Positions 36,073 through 46,015 of a stretch of 64,000 bases of DNA are shown one piece after another. The DNA comes from Candidatus Omnitrophota bacterium (GTDB lineage: Bacteria > Omnitrophota > Gorgyraeia > Zapsychrales > Fredricksoniimonadaceae): assembly GCA_015233675.1 (NCBI GenBank), contig JADFXH010000006.1, forward strand, positions 1,285 to 65,284, given 5' to 3'. The position numbers and the translations under genes were made by a program. Within the stretch, counting starts at the first letter, position 1; the number at the start of each line of letters is the position of its first letter. A model generated the notes under the pieces. It made no database searches. It was not told where the DNA came from and was given only the letters and a program-made list of their open reading frames with translations.

Positions 36073-37506
36073 ATGAAAAAAATTGTTTTAAGTTTAGCAG
36101 CGGGAATCATTTTTGCTTGGCAGGGAATGGGCTTGGCTGCCACAAGTACCGTGGATTCGCTTATCCAAAAGTTAGAGGACAAAGGGATCTTGACTAATCA
36201 AGAAGCTGTCCAAATCAAAGGGGAAATCGCTTCTAATGAGAAAACATCCCAGGAGGCAAGTTTTAAGAATCAGCTTCCTGATTGGGTCAGCGGCCTTAAA
36301 ATAAGCGGAGATTTCCGTTTGCGTGAACAGTATCAGCTTAGGAAAACTGCTGGCGCCGGAGGTAGCTCTGCCCATCTTGTGGAAGACAGAGCCCGTATCC
36401 GCGCCCGTTTGAATTTTGAAGATCAAATTAACGACAAAGTCAAGATCGTCGTTGGTCTTGCTACAAATGGTGAAAATGGGAATGGTATCGGTAATAACCG
36501 TTCTAACAATATTACCTTGGGTGGCAATAATTCAGTTTTTAATAACATCACTAAGAGCACCGGAGCTACTACTCTTGCTGAACAGGAAGGTTCTTTTAGT
36601 AAGCCTACGGTAGTATTGAACAAGGCCTATGCTGTTTATACTCCTGCCCCGTGGGCAACCTTAATGGGCGGTAAAATGGATAACCCCATTTGGGAACCTT
36701 CAAGGACCCCTTTGCTCTGGGATCCGGATATCACCCCTGAAGGTGGTGCCATTCAATTACAAAAGAAACTCAATGATTATATAACTCCGTTTTCAACTAA
36801 TGCAATTTTTGTGCTCAAAGATCTGGTCCCTTCTAACGGAGCTCTTATAACAGCTGGTTATGGAGCTAATACTAGTGGGGTAAAAACAGATCCGTATATG
36901 TTTATAAGTCAAGAAGGTATTAAGGGTAACTTAACTGAAAAGATCTACTACAAAGGTGCTGGGGCATATTACAATGTTAATAATCCGGCTCATTTTCCGA
37001 TGGATTATTCTTCTTCAGGTAACACGATGAGCTCCACCGCAGGTTTGACGGGTACTTACAGTTATAATTATAATCTTGTAGGAGGCAGTGTGGATCTGGG
37101 CATGAATGATCCGTTTGGGGAGTTATTACCTTCTCCTATTTATATTCCCCAAATAGGTTTTGAGGGAGAGTATTATAGGAACGTTGATCCGAAACATCAA
37201 AATAGTGCATGGTTGATGGGTGCTTATATTGGATCTTCCGCGATCAATGGCTGGGGAACATGGAAACTTGAATCTTATTACAAAGTGCTTGAACTTGATT
37301 CCTGGCTGGCTGCTTTTCCGGATGATGACTTTTATTCTGGAAATACTAATACCCAAGGTGTGCGCACCCAGCTTGATATAGGTTTGGCTAAAAATGTTTG
37401 GTTTACGATGTCTTATTTCCGAACTAATATCTTTAAGCGTGCCGATACAGCTACATTATCTGCGCCTGAAGATTTGTTCCAAATGGATTTGAATTTTAAA
37501 TTTTAA
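36073..37506 (+). CDS. Outer-membrane beta-barrel porin (possibly phosphate-regulated)
   Basis: Signal peptide (...GLAA), alternating beta-strand-like pattern, C-terminal ...DLNFKF aromatic terminus. Immediately upstream of pstS. Confidence 0.6.
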   Translation: MKKIVLSLAAGIIFAWQGMGLAATSTVDSLIQKLEDKGILTNQEAVQIKGEIASNEKTSQEASFKNQLPDWVSGLKISGDFRLREQYQLRKTAGAGGSSAHLVEDRARIRARLNFEDQINDKVKIVVGLATNGENGNGIGNNRSNNITLGGNNSVFNNITKSTGATTLAEQEGSFSKPTVVLNKAYAVYTPAPWATLMGGKMDNPIWEPSRTPLLWDPDITPEGGAIQLQKKLNDYITPFSTNAIFVLKDLVPSNGALITAGYGANTSGVKTDPYMFISQEGIKGNLTEKIYYKGAGAYYNVNNPAHFPMDYSSSGNTMSSTAGLTGTYSYNYNLVGGSVDLGMNDPFGELLPSPIYIPQIGFEGEYYRNVDPKHQNSAWLMGAYIGSSAINGWGTWKLESYYKVLELDSWLAAFPDDDFYSGNTNTQGVRTQLDIGLAKNVWFTMSYFRTNIFKRADTATLSAPEDLFQMDLNFKF

Positions 37507-37530
37507 GGACAATGTGAAAGGGGATTGTTT

Positions 37531-38541
37531 ATGAAAAAGATTTTGGCCTTATTTGTAGCAATGATTCTAGGGGCATCCATGGCATTCGCGGATTCAACCC
37601 TTATTAATGGGGCAGGGGCTACGTTTCCTTACCCTATTTATTCCAAATGGTTTGATGAATATGGCAAGGCCAATCCGGGCGTGATGTTTAATTATCAGTC
37701 TATAGGCTCCGGCGGCGGTATCAAGCAAATCACGGCTAAAACCGTGGATTTCGGCGCCTCTGATGGCCCTATGTCGATGGATCAACTAACCGCAGCACCA
37801 GGGCGGATTTACCATATTCCCACTGTGATGGGCGCCGTGGTTGTTGCGTATAATCTTGAAGGTGTCAGTAAAGGCCTTAAATTAAGCGGCGATGTTTTAG
37901 CCGATATCTATTTAGGGAAAATTACCCAGTGGAATGACCCGCGCATTACTGAACAAAATGCAGGGGTCAACCTTCCCAGCAGCTCCATCGTAGTGGTGCA
38001 TCGCTCTGATGGCAGTGGTACTTCTTTTATTTTTACCGATTATTTAAGCGCCGTCAGCAGTGACTGGAAAGGCAGGGTTGGTAAAGGCACATCAGTCAAC
38101 TGGCCTATTGGTTTAGGCGGCAAGGGCAATGAGGGGGTTGCTGGTATGTTAAAGCAAACACCCGGCAGCATTGGTTATGTGGAATTAGCCTATGCTAAAC
38201 AAAATGGTTTGCCCTATGCTTTTATGAAAAATCAAAGCGGTTCCTATATTGAGCCGACCTTGGCAAGTACTTCTAAAGCCGCGGATGGCGCTGTCATCCC
38301 TGCTGATTTCAGGGTTTCGATTGTCAATAGTCCAAATCCAGAAAGCTATCCTATAGCCAGTTTTACATGGCTTTTGATTTATAAGCAGATGGATGACCAT
38401 ACTAAAGGTGCGGCCATTGTGAATTTTATCAAATGGGCGGTTACTGACGGTCAGAAATATGCCGAAGATTTGGATTACGCGCCGCTTCCGGCTAATGTTG
38501 TGCAAATGATTCAACAGAAACTTGAACAGGTTAAATATTAG
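37531..38541 (+). CDS. pstS: Phosphate ABC transporter substrate-binding protein PstS
   Basis: INGAGATFPYPIYSKWF, SIGSGGGI, RSDGSGTSF. ATG 37531 follows gaaagggga. Confidence 0.9.
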   Translation: MKKILALFVAMILGASMAFADSTLINGAGATFPYPIYSKWFDEYGKANPGVMFNYQSIGSGGGIKQITAKTVDFGASDGPMSMDQLTAAPGRIYHIPTVMGAVVVAYNLEGVSKGLKLSGDVLADIYLGKITQWNDPRITEQNAGVNLPSSSIVVVHRSDGSGTSFIFTDYLSAVSSDWKGRVGKGTSVNWPIGLGGKGNEGVAGMLKQTPGSIGYVELAYAKQNGLPYAFMKNQSGSYIEPTLASTSKAADGAVIPADFRVSIVNSPNPESYPIASFTWLLIYKQMDDHTKGAAIVNFIKWAVTDGQKYAEDLDYAPLPANVVQMIQQKLEQVKY

Positions 38542-38560
38542 TAGTAGAATTAGCGGCATT

Positions 38561-39487
38561 ATGAATCGACAGGATACCAGCGACATTGTTTTCAGGAGGA
38601 TATTGGCAGTTTTTCCTATCTCCATTCTGATACTTGTCGCTGGTATTTTTTTTCAATTAGCTTATTCTTCATTGCCGTCTTTAAAGCATTTCGGGCTGGC
38701 TTTTTTTTATAATACCACTTGGGACCCGGTTGCGGAACATTTCGGTGCCCTGCCATTTATATTTGGCACCTGCCTTACATCCCTGGTAGCTCTTTTGCTT
38801 GCTGTTCCTATCGGAATCGGGGCAGCTATCTATTTAGCAGAATACGCTCCGCCCAAGGTGTCCAAATTCATATCTATTTTGGTAGATCTTTTGGCTGCAA
38901 TTCCCAGCGTTATTTACGGGCTGTGGGGTATTTTTGTTTTGGTGCCGTACATGCGAAACTATGTTCAGCCGTTCTTGGGAAAATATTTAGGGTTTTTGCC
39001 GTTTTTTCAGGGGCCTAATTACGGGGTAGGTTTTCTTGCGGCAAGTATTATCCTGGCCATTATTATTATCCCGTTTATTATTTCAGTGTCCCGTGAGGTG
39101 ATTTTGGCTGTTCCTTCCGTATATAAGGAAAGTGCGTATGCTTTAGGAACTACCCGCTGGGAAGCGATTTTTGATATTGTTTTAAGTTATGGGAGGGCAG
39201 GGATTTTGGGCGCTGTGGTTTTAGCTTTAGGCCGGGCCATTGGTGAGACCATGGCCGTTACCATGATAATCGGCAATAATGTTGTGATAACTCCTTCTTT
39301 ATTTTCTCCGGGTTATACCTTGGCCAGCGTGCTTGCCAATGAATTCGCGGAAGCTGATTCCAACATGTATTTATCAGCTTTGATCGAAATAGGGTTGGTC
39401 TTGTTTTTGGTTTCCATAGTTGTTAATATATTGGCCAGATTCTTGATTTGGTCTGTTACCAAAGGGCCTGGGCAAGTGATTAAGTGA
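38561..39487 (+). CDS. pstC: Phosphate ABC transporter permease PstC
   Basis: Polytopic membrane protein, EAA-like loop ALGTTRWEAIFDIVL, position after pstS. Confidence 0.85.
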   Translation: MNRQDTSDIVFRRILAVFPISILILVAGIFFQLAYSSLPSLKHFGLAFFYNTTWDPVAEHFGALPFIFGTCLTSLVALLLAVPIGIGAAIYLAEYAPPKVSKFISILVDLLAAIPSVIYGLWGIFVLVPYMRNYVQPFLGKYLGFLPFFQGPNYGVGFLAASIILAIIIIPFIISVSREVILAVPSVYKESAYALGTTRWEAIFDIVLSYGRAGILGAVVLALGRAIGETMAVTMIIGNNVVITPSLFSPGYTLASVLANEFAEADSNMYLSALIEIGLVLFLVSIVVNILARFLIWSVTKGPGQVIK

Positions 39488-39500
39488 TAATTTATACTAT

Positions 39501-40379
39501 ATGAAAGTCTTAATTCATTCTTCTTTTGAACGTACACGTCGTCGGCGGGCTATTTGGGACCGCGCCATGGTTTATGTTTTGTCTTTATGTGCTATTGGCG
39601 TCCTTTTTATACTTTTTAATATCCTGACCCACTTATTCATTCAGGGCATAACTTCCTTGAACCCGGAATTTTTTACTAATCTGCCTAAACCTGTCGGTGA
39701 GAAGGGCGGAGGAATGGCCAATGCCATTGCCGGGACGTTTACTTTATTAGGGTTGGCTGTTTGTCTGGGGGTGCCAATCGGACTTGGGGCAGGGATATAT
39801 CTTAGCGAATATGCTGATTTGAAATTTGCGCATGCTGTCCGTTTTATGTCTGACGTAATGAATGGTATTCCATCTATTGTTTACGGGATTTTTGCCTATA
39901 CTGTCTGTGTATTACCGATGAAAAGTTTTTCAGCCCTTTCCGGAGGGTTTGCTTTGGGTATTATGATGATACCTATGATTACGCGAACAAGTGAACAATT
40001 TGTGCGTATGGTGCCTGTCCAATTAAGGGAGGCGGGCTTAGCTTTAGGGGTCCCTAAATGGCGGGTCATTGTGGATATTGTTGTTCCTGCGGCTTTGGGC
40101 GGTATTATGACAGGGATTATGGTGACCTTAGCGCGGGTAGCAGGAGAGACGGCCCCTCTTTTATTTACAGCGTTCGGTAACCGTTACTGGCAGCATTCTT
40201 TGGCCCAGCCGATTGCTGCTTTGCCCTTGCAGGTTTTTACCTATGCGATTTCTCCTTTTGATGATTGGCACCGTCAGGCTTGGGCTGGGGCGATAGTGCT
40301 TATTTTAATGGTTTTTATGATTAACGGCTGGGCCCAGTTTTATGTAGTACGTCACAGCCGCTGGCTATCGGGGAAATAG
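39501..40379 (+). CDS. pstA: Phosphate ABC transporter permease PstA
   Basis: Polytopic membrane protein, [21 protein letters not shown] loop, position between pstC and pstB. Confidence 0.85.
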   Translation: MKVLIHSSFERTRRRRAIWDRAMVYVLSLCAIGVLFILFNILTHLFIQGITSLNPEFFTNLPKPVGEKGGGMANAIAGTFTLLGLAVCLGVPIGLGAGIYLSEYADLKFAHAVRFMSDVMNGIPSIVYGIFAYTVCVLPMKSFSALSGGFALGIMMIPMITRTSEQFVRMVPVQLREAGLALGVPKWRVIVDIVVPAALGGIMTGIMVTLARVAGETAPLLFTAFGNRYWQHSLAQPIAALPLQVFTYAISPFDDWHRQAWAGAIVLILMVFMINGWAQFYVVRHSRWLSGK

Positions 40380-40384
40380 ACTAT

Positions 40385-41146
40385 ATGGACCTCACAGGCA
40401 GCATTAAAGTAAAAAATTTAAACTTTTATTACGGCGATAACCACATGCTGAAGAATATTTCCATGACCGTTGAGCCCCATCAAATAGTGGCTATGATAGG
40501 CCCTTCCGGCTGTGGAAAATCAACGTTAATCCGTATATTTAACCGTATGAATGACCTTATTCCTTCCACCCGCGTTGAAGGTGAGGTTTTGGTAGACGGT
40601 GTGAATATTTATGATAAGGAAATAGATGTTGTTGGCTTAAGGCGCAGGGTGGGCATGGTGTTCCAGAAATCCACCCCATTTCCGAAATCTATTTATGAAA
40701 ATATAGCTTACGGGCTTAAAATAGTGGGGATTAAAGACCACCGCATCCTTAATGAAACGGTTGAGAAAAGCCTTAAGCGTGCGGCATTGTGGGAAGAAGT
40801 CAAGGATCATCTCAATAAGAGCGCCATGTCGCTTTCCGGTGGCCAACAGCAACGGTTATGTATTGCCAGGGCCATCGCGGTTGACCCTGAAATCATCTTG
40901 ATGGATGAGCCTTGCTCAGCCTTGGATCCCATTGCCACCGCACGCATTGAGGAGTTGATGGGCAATTTAAAGGATGAGTACACCATTGTGATTGTCACGC
41001 ACAATATGCAGCAGGCGGCCAGGGTGTCGGATAAAACCGCGTTTTTGATGCATGGGCAGATCATAGAATTCACTAAAACCACGGATTTCTTTACGAAACC
41101 GTCTAGTAAGATCACGGAAGATTACATTACCGGTAGATTCGGTTAG
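40385..41146 (+). CDS. pstB: Phosphate ABC transporter ATPase PstB
   Basis: Walker [10 protein letters not shown], signature LSGGQQQR, Walker B ILMDEP. Confidence 0.9.
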   Translation: MDLTGSIKVKNLNFYYGDNHMLKNISMTVEPHQIVAMIGPSGCGKSTLIRIFNRMNDLIPSTRVEGEVLVDGVNIYDKEIDVVGLRRRVGMVFQKSTPFPKSIYENIAYGLKIVGIKDHRILNETVEKSLKRAALWEEVKDHLNKSAMSLSGGQQQRLCIARAIAVDPEIILMDEPCSALDPIATARIEELMGNLKDEYTIVIVTHNMQQAARVSDKTAFLMHGQIIEFTKTTDFFTKPSSKITEDYITGRFG

Positions 41147-41261
41147 TAGCCAACCAGGGGACATGGCTTTAGCCGTGTCCCCGAGCAGGTTGCCAAGCAA
41201 GAAAAGCAATGAAGGTGAAAGCGACCCAGAGGAACACAGTAACCGCATTAGGAGGCTAGCA

Positions 41262-41933
41262 ATGCTCAGAGAAAAAATTACAGAATTAAAGCACCTTTTG
41301 ATCCAAGACGCCGGTTTGGTGGAAGATATGATAAGCCGCAGTATGCGGGGTTTATTGGAGAAAAATGCTGATATGCTCTATCAAGTAGTCAAGAACCAGG
41401 AGCCCCGGGTCAATGCTTTTGACCGTTCTATTGATGAGCTTTGTGTTGAGACCATTGCCCGGTATGAACCTGTGGCCAGGGATTTGCGTCTCGTTATAAT
41501 GATTATTAAGATGAATAAAGACTTGGAACGTATAGCTGACCACGCGGTGAATGTGTCCGAGAGTGGTTTATATTTGATTGCTAACCCTTTTTTAGGGTCT
41601 TATGAAGATTTGCGTATCATGGGTGAGAATACTGTGGCCATGATGAAAGATAGTATTAATGCCTTTGTCAATGAAGATATTGCCATGGCACAACTGGTCT
41701 GTGATCGGGACGATATTGTGGATGAGGCAGGTGATAAAATCCTTAAAGACCTGACTGTCCTTATGAAAGGCAAGAAAGACGTCATTCCCAGGGCTTTGGC
41801 CCTGATGCGAATAGCTCATAACCTTGAGCGTATTGCGGATTTATCTACCAATATCGCGGAAGAAGTCATTTATATAGTTGAAGGCCTCGATATTAAGCAC
41901 CATAGCGGTGATTCCCCACAAATAACCCCTTAA
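41262..41933 (+). CDS. phoU: Phosphate signalling/transport regulator PhoU
   Basis: Two PhoU repeats (DLERIADHAVNV and NLERIADLSTNIAEE). Start at ATG 41262 behind aggagg; ORF-track start is 41163. Confidence 0.85.
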   Translation: MLREKITELKHLLIQDAGLVEDMISRSMRGLLEKNADMLYQVVKNQEPRVNAFDRSIDELCVETIARYEPVARDLRLVIMIIKMNKDLERIADHAVNVSESGLYLIANPFLGSYEDLRIMGENTVAMMKDSINAFVNEDIAMAQLVCDRDDIVDEAGDKILKDLTVLMKGKKDVIPRALALMRIAHNLERIADLSTNIAEEVIYIVEGLDIKHHSGDSPQITP

Positions 41934-41945
41934 CCTTTGCATGTC

Positions 41946-41972
41946 ATTCCCGCGAAAGCGGGAATCTTTATT
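41946..41972 (+). terminator. Rho-independent terminator formed by a REP-like hairpin
   Basis: attcccgc gaaa gcgggaat followed by ctttatt, directly after phoU. Confidence 0.6.
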
Positions 41973-41992
41973 AAAATTTTCTTATTTTTCCC

Positions 41993-42021
41993 TTGACATG
42001 GGTGTTTGGTCATGGCAAAAT
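41993..42021 (+). promoter_or_regulatory. Candidate sigma70-type promoter for the downstream porin
   Basis: TTGACA (41993..41998), 17-nt spacer, CAAAAT (42016..42021). This leaves a leader of about 220 nt before ATG 42245. Confidence 0.35.
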
Positions 42022-42244
42022 ACCCGCAACTTGGCAAGAAAGCGCTATTTTCTTGCTAAACCTCTTGAGCCGAAAGGCTTAAGGGGCTATTCCACCCTGG
42101 TGATTTCAAGCTTGACCGAGAAAGGAGGGATGCGATAGAACGGTTAGAGATCATCAATTGGGGTCTATTATTGTCAATTCCTAGGCCAATAGACACCTAG
42201 ATATATTACATATAAACTTTTCCTTAAATTCTTGGGAGAAATAA

Positions 42245-43696
42245 ATGAAAAAATTATTAGTTGCAGCTTTAATGGTAGTGTTAGCCTCTCCGGCTTTCGC
42301 GGCTATTCAGAACGTGAAAGTCAGCGGGGACATCACATCCACGTTTTTAGATCGTCAGAATTTTGATTTACAGGCAGGTGGAAATGTTTCTGGTGGATTG
42401 AAAGATCAGAACGTTTTCCTTACTCAGACCCGCCTTCGTGTGGATGCTGATTTAAGCGATAATGTTTCCACAACGGTTGGTTTGATCAATGAACGCGCTT
42501 GGAATGCTGAGAATGGTTCCAGCAATTCCTATGATACAAACGTTCAGTTGTACCTGGCTTCAGTTACCATGCGTGAGCTCCTGTATTCTCCGCTTACCGT
42601 GACTGTCGGTCGCCAGATGTTTGTCTATGGTAATGGTCTTATCATGGGTAACGGTCCTAACAATGTTACCTCAGGCAATTTAACTATGGCCCAAGACCTT
42701 TCCATGAGAACAGCAGAAGATGGTATCAAGGCTGTTTTGGATTATAAGCCATTAACCATTGACATGTTCTATTTCAAGGCTGGCCAGACTGGGAAATCAA
42801 TTGCTGGCAGCTTTGTCAGCAATCCTGAACAAAATTCCGATGTTTACGGGATCAATGCTAATTATCAGTTAAGCGATCCTATGAGCACGGTTGTGGAGGC
42901 TTACTTGTTCAGCAGGCTAAACGGAAGTGGTTTTAGTTCCACAAATGATGGGAATGATGCCATCGCTAATGAGGGGAAGGGTAACAAATTATACGCCCCT
43001 GGTTTGCGTGCCAGCACCAATCCTATTAAAGGGTTGAATGTTCAGGGTGAAATAGCCTGGCAGTTTGGTAATCAGGATATTTTAGGTAATGGCGTAGAAT
43101 CAGAGCGTCGCAGTGCTATGGCTTACCAATTAATGGGCAGCTATGCATTGCCGGTTTTAGAAAAATACAAACCAAGCGTGAATGCTTCTTGGACCTATGT
43201 TTCTGGTGATAAAGATGTTAACCAGAATTACAATGTTGCCGGTGCAAAAATTGGCAAGGTCTATAGAGCTTGGGATCCGATGTTTGAAGGTCAGGGTGGC
43301 GGTACTATCTACAATACCTTGTTTAATTTATCTGACATGAACATCTTAGCCTTGGGCGCTTCAGTTAGCCCCTTGGAAGATGTGACTACTGCGTTCACAT
43401 GGAATAATTTGTGGTCCGCGCAGAGATTAAGTGGCCTTAATCCTCTGAATATCACTTCACCCAATGGTGTTGGTGTCAGTGGTGTTCAATGGGCGCCTGC
43501 TTCAGGTTCATATGCAGGTAATAAGAAAAATCCAAAAGGGTTAGGTAATGAATATGATGTTAACGTAAACTATGCTTATACCGAAGATGTTAGTTTCGGT
43601 GTTAGTTTAGGTTGGTTTATCCCTGGTTCTGCTTTTGCAGATGCCAGCCGTGAGACAGCCAGCCAGGCCATTGCCGATGTAGCAGTTAAGTTCTAA
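42245..43696 (+). CDS. Outer-membrane beta-barrel porin (second copy flanking the pst locus)
   Basis: Signal peptide ...SPAFA/A, beta-strand periodicity, C-terminal ...DVAVKF. Confidence 0.6.
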   Translation: MKKLLVAALMVVLASPAFAAIQNVKVSGDITSTFLDRQNFDLQAGGNVSGGLKDQNVFLTQTRLRVDADLSDNVSTTVGLINERAWNAENGSSNSYDTNVQLYLASVTMRELLYSPLTVTVGRQMFVYGNGLIMGNGPNNVTSGNLTMAQDLSMRTAEDGIKAVLDYKPLTIDMFYFKAGQTGKSIAGSFVSNPEQNSDVYGINANYQLSDPMSTVVEAYLFSRLNGSGFSSTNDGNDAIANEGKGNKLYAPGLRASTNPIKGLNVQGEIAWQFGNQDILGNGVESERRSAMAYQLMGSYALPVLEKYKPSVNASWTYVSGDKDVNQNYNVAGAKIGKVYRAWDPMFEGQGGGTIYNTLFNLSDMNILALGASVSPLEDVTTAFTWNNLWSAQRLSGLNPLNITSPNGVGVSGVQWAPASGSYAGNKKNPKGLGNEYDVNVNYAYTEDVSFGVSLGWFIPGSAFADASRETASQAIADVAVKF

Positions 43697-43722
43697 CATT
43701 GGTAAGGTTTGCAGCAGTTTCA

Positions 43723-43760
43723 AGAACCCCCGTTCGAATTTTGAACGGGGGTTCTTTATT
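43723..43760 (+). terminator. Rho-independent terminator
   Basis: agaacccccgttc (43723..43735) pairs with gaacgggggttct (43743..43755), followed by ttatt. Confidence 0.75.
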
Positions 43761-43935
43761 CTCGACGGATTTCTTGCCTGTCATATGGATTTAAAATATC
43801 CTTAAAAATATTTTACATTATTATTTGCATTTGTATTTTCTTTGTTATGATAATTAATAGGTCGTAAGTTATTAACATCAAAGAATTTAGCCAAGCAATA
43901 TAAAATCAAAATTATTGACGGAAAGCAGTGGCGGC

Positions 43936-44514
43936 ATGACCCGTGACGAAATATATGACCATCTTGCCAAGGTTTATTTAGGCAAGCGTGAAAGCGTTTC
44001 ACCTAAAAAAAGCAAAGCAAAACCTTTCAACCGGTCACTCTTGGTGATTAATATCGTGATCACGGCGGTGATAACGATATCGACGGTGTATGGGTTTACG
44101 GCATTTTTGACGCGTCGGGCGGGGCTGAAGTCCCAGGTTTTTTATGCGCTTAACAATAATCCTATCCGTATCGCGTATGACCTTAATAATCCGTATCCGG
44201 CGACAAAAACATTTTCGATCACGATCCCTAATAAGGACGTTTCCAAATACAGGGCTTTGAATGTCAGCTTGCGCGGCATGGATGGGGCGTATCCGGGGAT
44301 TGTGAAAGTCGTCGTTGCCAACCAGAAAAATGAACAGGCGATCTATTATATCCAAAATGTGCATACGGGGTGGCTTAAGGCGAGCATCCCTTTTGAAAAA
44401 TTAAATTTAACGGACTGGACTACGATCACGGACGTTTCATTTGTGCTGGAAGCATGGAATGTTGATTTCCGTCGAGGGACGGTCTTGATAGACGGGGTTA
44501 GTTTTTCTAATTGA
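43936..44514 (+). CDS. Membrane-anchored hypothetical protein with beta-sandwich-like C-terminal domain
   Basis: One TM helix (LLVINIVITAVITISTVYGFTAF). The C-terminus ...VSFVLEAWNVDFRRGTVLIDGVSFSN is reminiscent of CIA30/CBM-like domains, weakly. Confidence 0.4.
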   Translation: MTRDEIYDHLAKVYLGKRESVSPKKSKAKPFNRSLLVINIVITAVITISTVYGFTAFLTRRAGLKSQVFYALNNNPIRIAYDLNNPYPATKTFSITIPNKDVSKYRALNVSLRGMDGAYPGIVKVVVANQKNEQAIYYIQNVHTGWLKASIPFEKLNLTDWTTITDVSFVLEAWNVDFRRGTVLIDGVSFSN

Positions 44515-44535
44515 CCAAACGGGGAAAATAAGCTT

Positions 44536-45684
44536 ATGAAAATTATTTCAATCGCGAACCAAAAAGGCGGATGCGGTAAAACCACAACAGCGATCAACCT
44601 GGCCTCGACGATGGGAGTGAACGGCCAAAAGACGCTGCTGATCGATTTGGACCCTCAGGCGCACGCGACTTTGGGGCTTAATGTGGATGACCAAAATAGC
44701 CTTTATAATTGTATTTCTAAACTGACTCCGCATAAATTAAAGATCAAAGACATCATAAAAAAAGTAACCAATAATTTTGATATTGTTCCCTCCAACGTCC
44801 TGGTAGGAACGCTTGAACAGGAATTGGCCGATGAGATCGGCCGTGAGCTTAAACTGACCGAAGTCATCGGTGAGATCAAAGATCTTTATGATTATATCCT
44901 GATTGACTGCCCGCCAAGCCTCGGGTTTTTGACAGTCAATGCTATCCGTGCCAGCGACGAAATCATAATACCCGTTGAGACCAGCCGGTTTTCCATGCAG
45001 GGGGTTGACCACCTGATGGATATAGCCAATTTGATCCGTGAACGGCTGAATCATCCCGTTAAAGCGAGTGTTTTGATCACCATGTTTGACTCCCGCCTGC
45101 GCCATTCTTTTACTATGCTTGGCAAAATGAAAGAAAAGTTTTCGGGGATGCTCTTTGATACGATCGTGCACATCAATGTTAAGCTCAAAGAAGCTGCCGT
45201 CATGGGTGAGGCAGTCATCAGATATGATAAATACTGCCGCGGCGCCAAGGATTATATGGGCCTGGCCCGTGAAATCCTGACGATCGACGGCCGTCAGGGC
45301 ATTCCTGAAGTGAAGACTAGGGCTGCCATCAAGAAACCTGCCGTTGAGGCTGCGGCCGACACCTCAGCGTATGAGCCTTCAGAACGCATGCAGGAATTAA
45401 TCCATAAAGAAACCGGGGAATTCACGGCGTCAACAGCTTTTGTCTTAAAAGCTCCTCAGGCAAAATCCGTTTATGTGACAGGCTCTTTTAATGATTGGTC
45501 GCTCGATGAAAGCTGCCGCATGTCCAACAACGAAGGCACCTGGACCCTGAAGGTTGCCCTGAAACCGGGCACTTATAAGTATCAATTTATCGTCGATGGA
45601 AAATGGCAGGAGGACCCTGCCAATACTAGCATGGAGCGAAATTCTTTCGGAGATATCAATTCCCTTATTGAGGTCAAAGCCTGA
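44536..45684 (+). CDS. ParA/MinD-family ATPase fused to a C-terminal CBM48/AMPK-beta-like glycogen-binding domain
   Basis: N-terminus MKIISIANQKGGCGKTTTAINLA (deviant Walker A), DCPPSLG. C-terminus VYVTGSFNDWSLDE...GTWTLKVALKPGTYKYQFIVDGKWQEDP. Confidence 0.7.
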   Translation: MKIISIANQKGGCGKTTTAINLASTMGVNGQKTLLIDLDPQAHATLGLNVDDQNSLYNCISKLTPHKLKIKDIIKKVTNNFDIVPSNVLVGTLEQELADEIGRELKLTEVIGEIKDLYDYILIDCPPSLGFLTVNAIRASDEIIIPVETSRFSMQGVDHLMDIANLIRERLNHPVKASVLITMFDSRLRHSFTMLGKMKEKFSGMLFDTIVHINVKLKEAAVMGEAVIRYDKYCRGAKDYMGLAREILTIDGRQGIPEVKTRAAIKKPAVEAAADTSAYEPSERMQELIHKETGEFTASTAFVLKAPQAKSVYVTGSFNDWSLDESCRMSNNEGTWTLKVALKPGTYKYQFIVDGKWQEDPANTSMERNSFGDINSLIEVKA

Positions 45685-46007
45685 TGTCCCCTGATGAAAA
45701 TTCTCTCAAGTCCGATATTCTTGACGGGAAGATGTACGCAGTCCTTGCTTATTTATCCATCTTTTGCATTGTCCCTCTGATCATTAAGAAAAATAATGTT
45801 TTTGTTTTGGCCCATGGACGTCAGGGGCTGGTGCTTTTTGTGGCCGAAGTCGCAACCCTGGTTGTTAGCATTGTTTTCCCCTGGGTATTCAGGCCTTTGC
45901 TTTTTATCCTTTTCGGGTTTTCGTTCTGGGGAATGGTGATGGCTATTCGTGGCCAATATGTCGAATTGCCGATTGTCTCGCGGATCGCCGGTAAAATAAC
46001 GATTTAG
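45684..46007 (+). CDS. Small membrane protein (DUF4870-like)
   Basis: YAVLAYLSIFCIVPLIIKK...FVLAHGRQGLVLFV pattern with three hydrophobic segments. The start overlaps the parA-like stop (TGATG). Confidence 0.5.
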   Translation: MSPDENSLKSDILDGKMYAVLAYLSIFCIVPLIIKKNNVFVLAHGRQGLVLFVAEVATLVVSIVFPWVFRPLLFILFGFSFWGMVMAIRGQYVELPIVSRIAGKITI

Positions 46008-46015
46008 GCCTTAAT

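Noticed and set aside
41941-42138. 65-aa ORF starting MSFPRKRESLL
   Set aside because: Its first codons are simply the translation of the GC hairpin attcccgc-gaaa-gcgggaat, which acts as the phoU terminator. The rest runs through a promoter-like and leader region with no RBS. This is a typical spurious ORF generated by REP-like hairpins.
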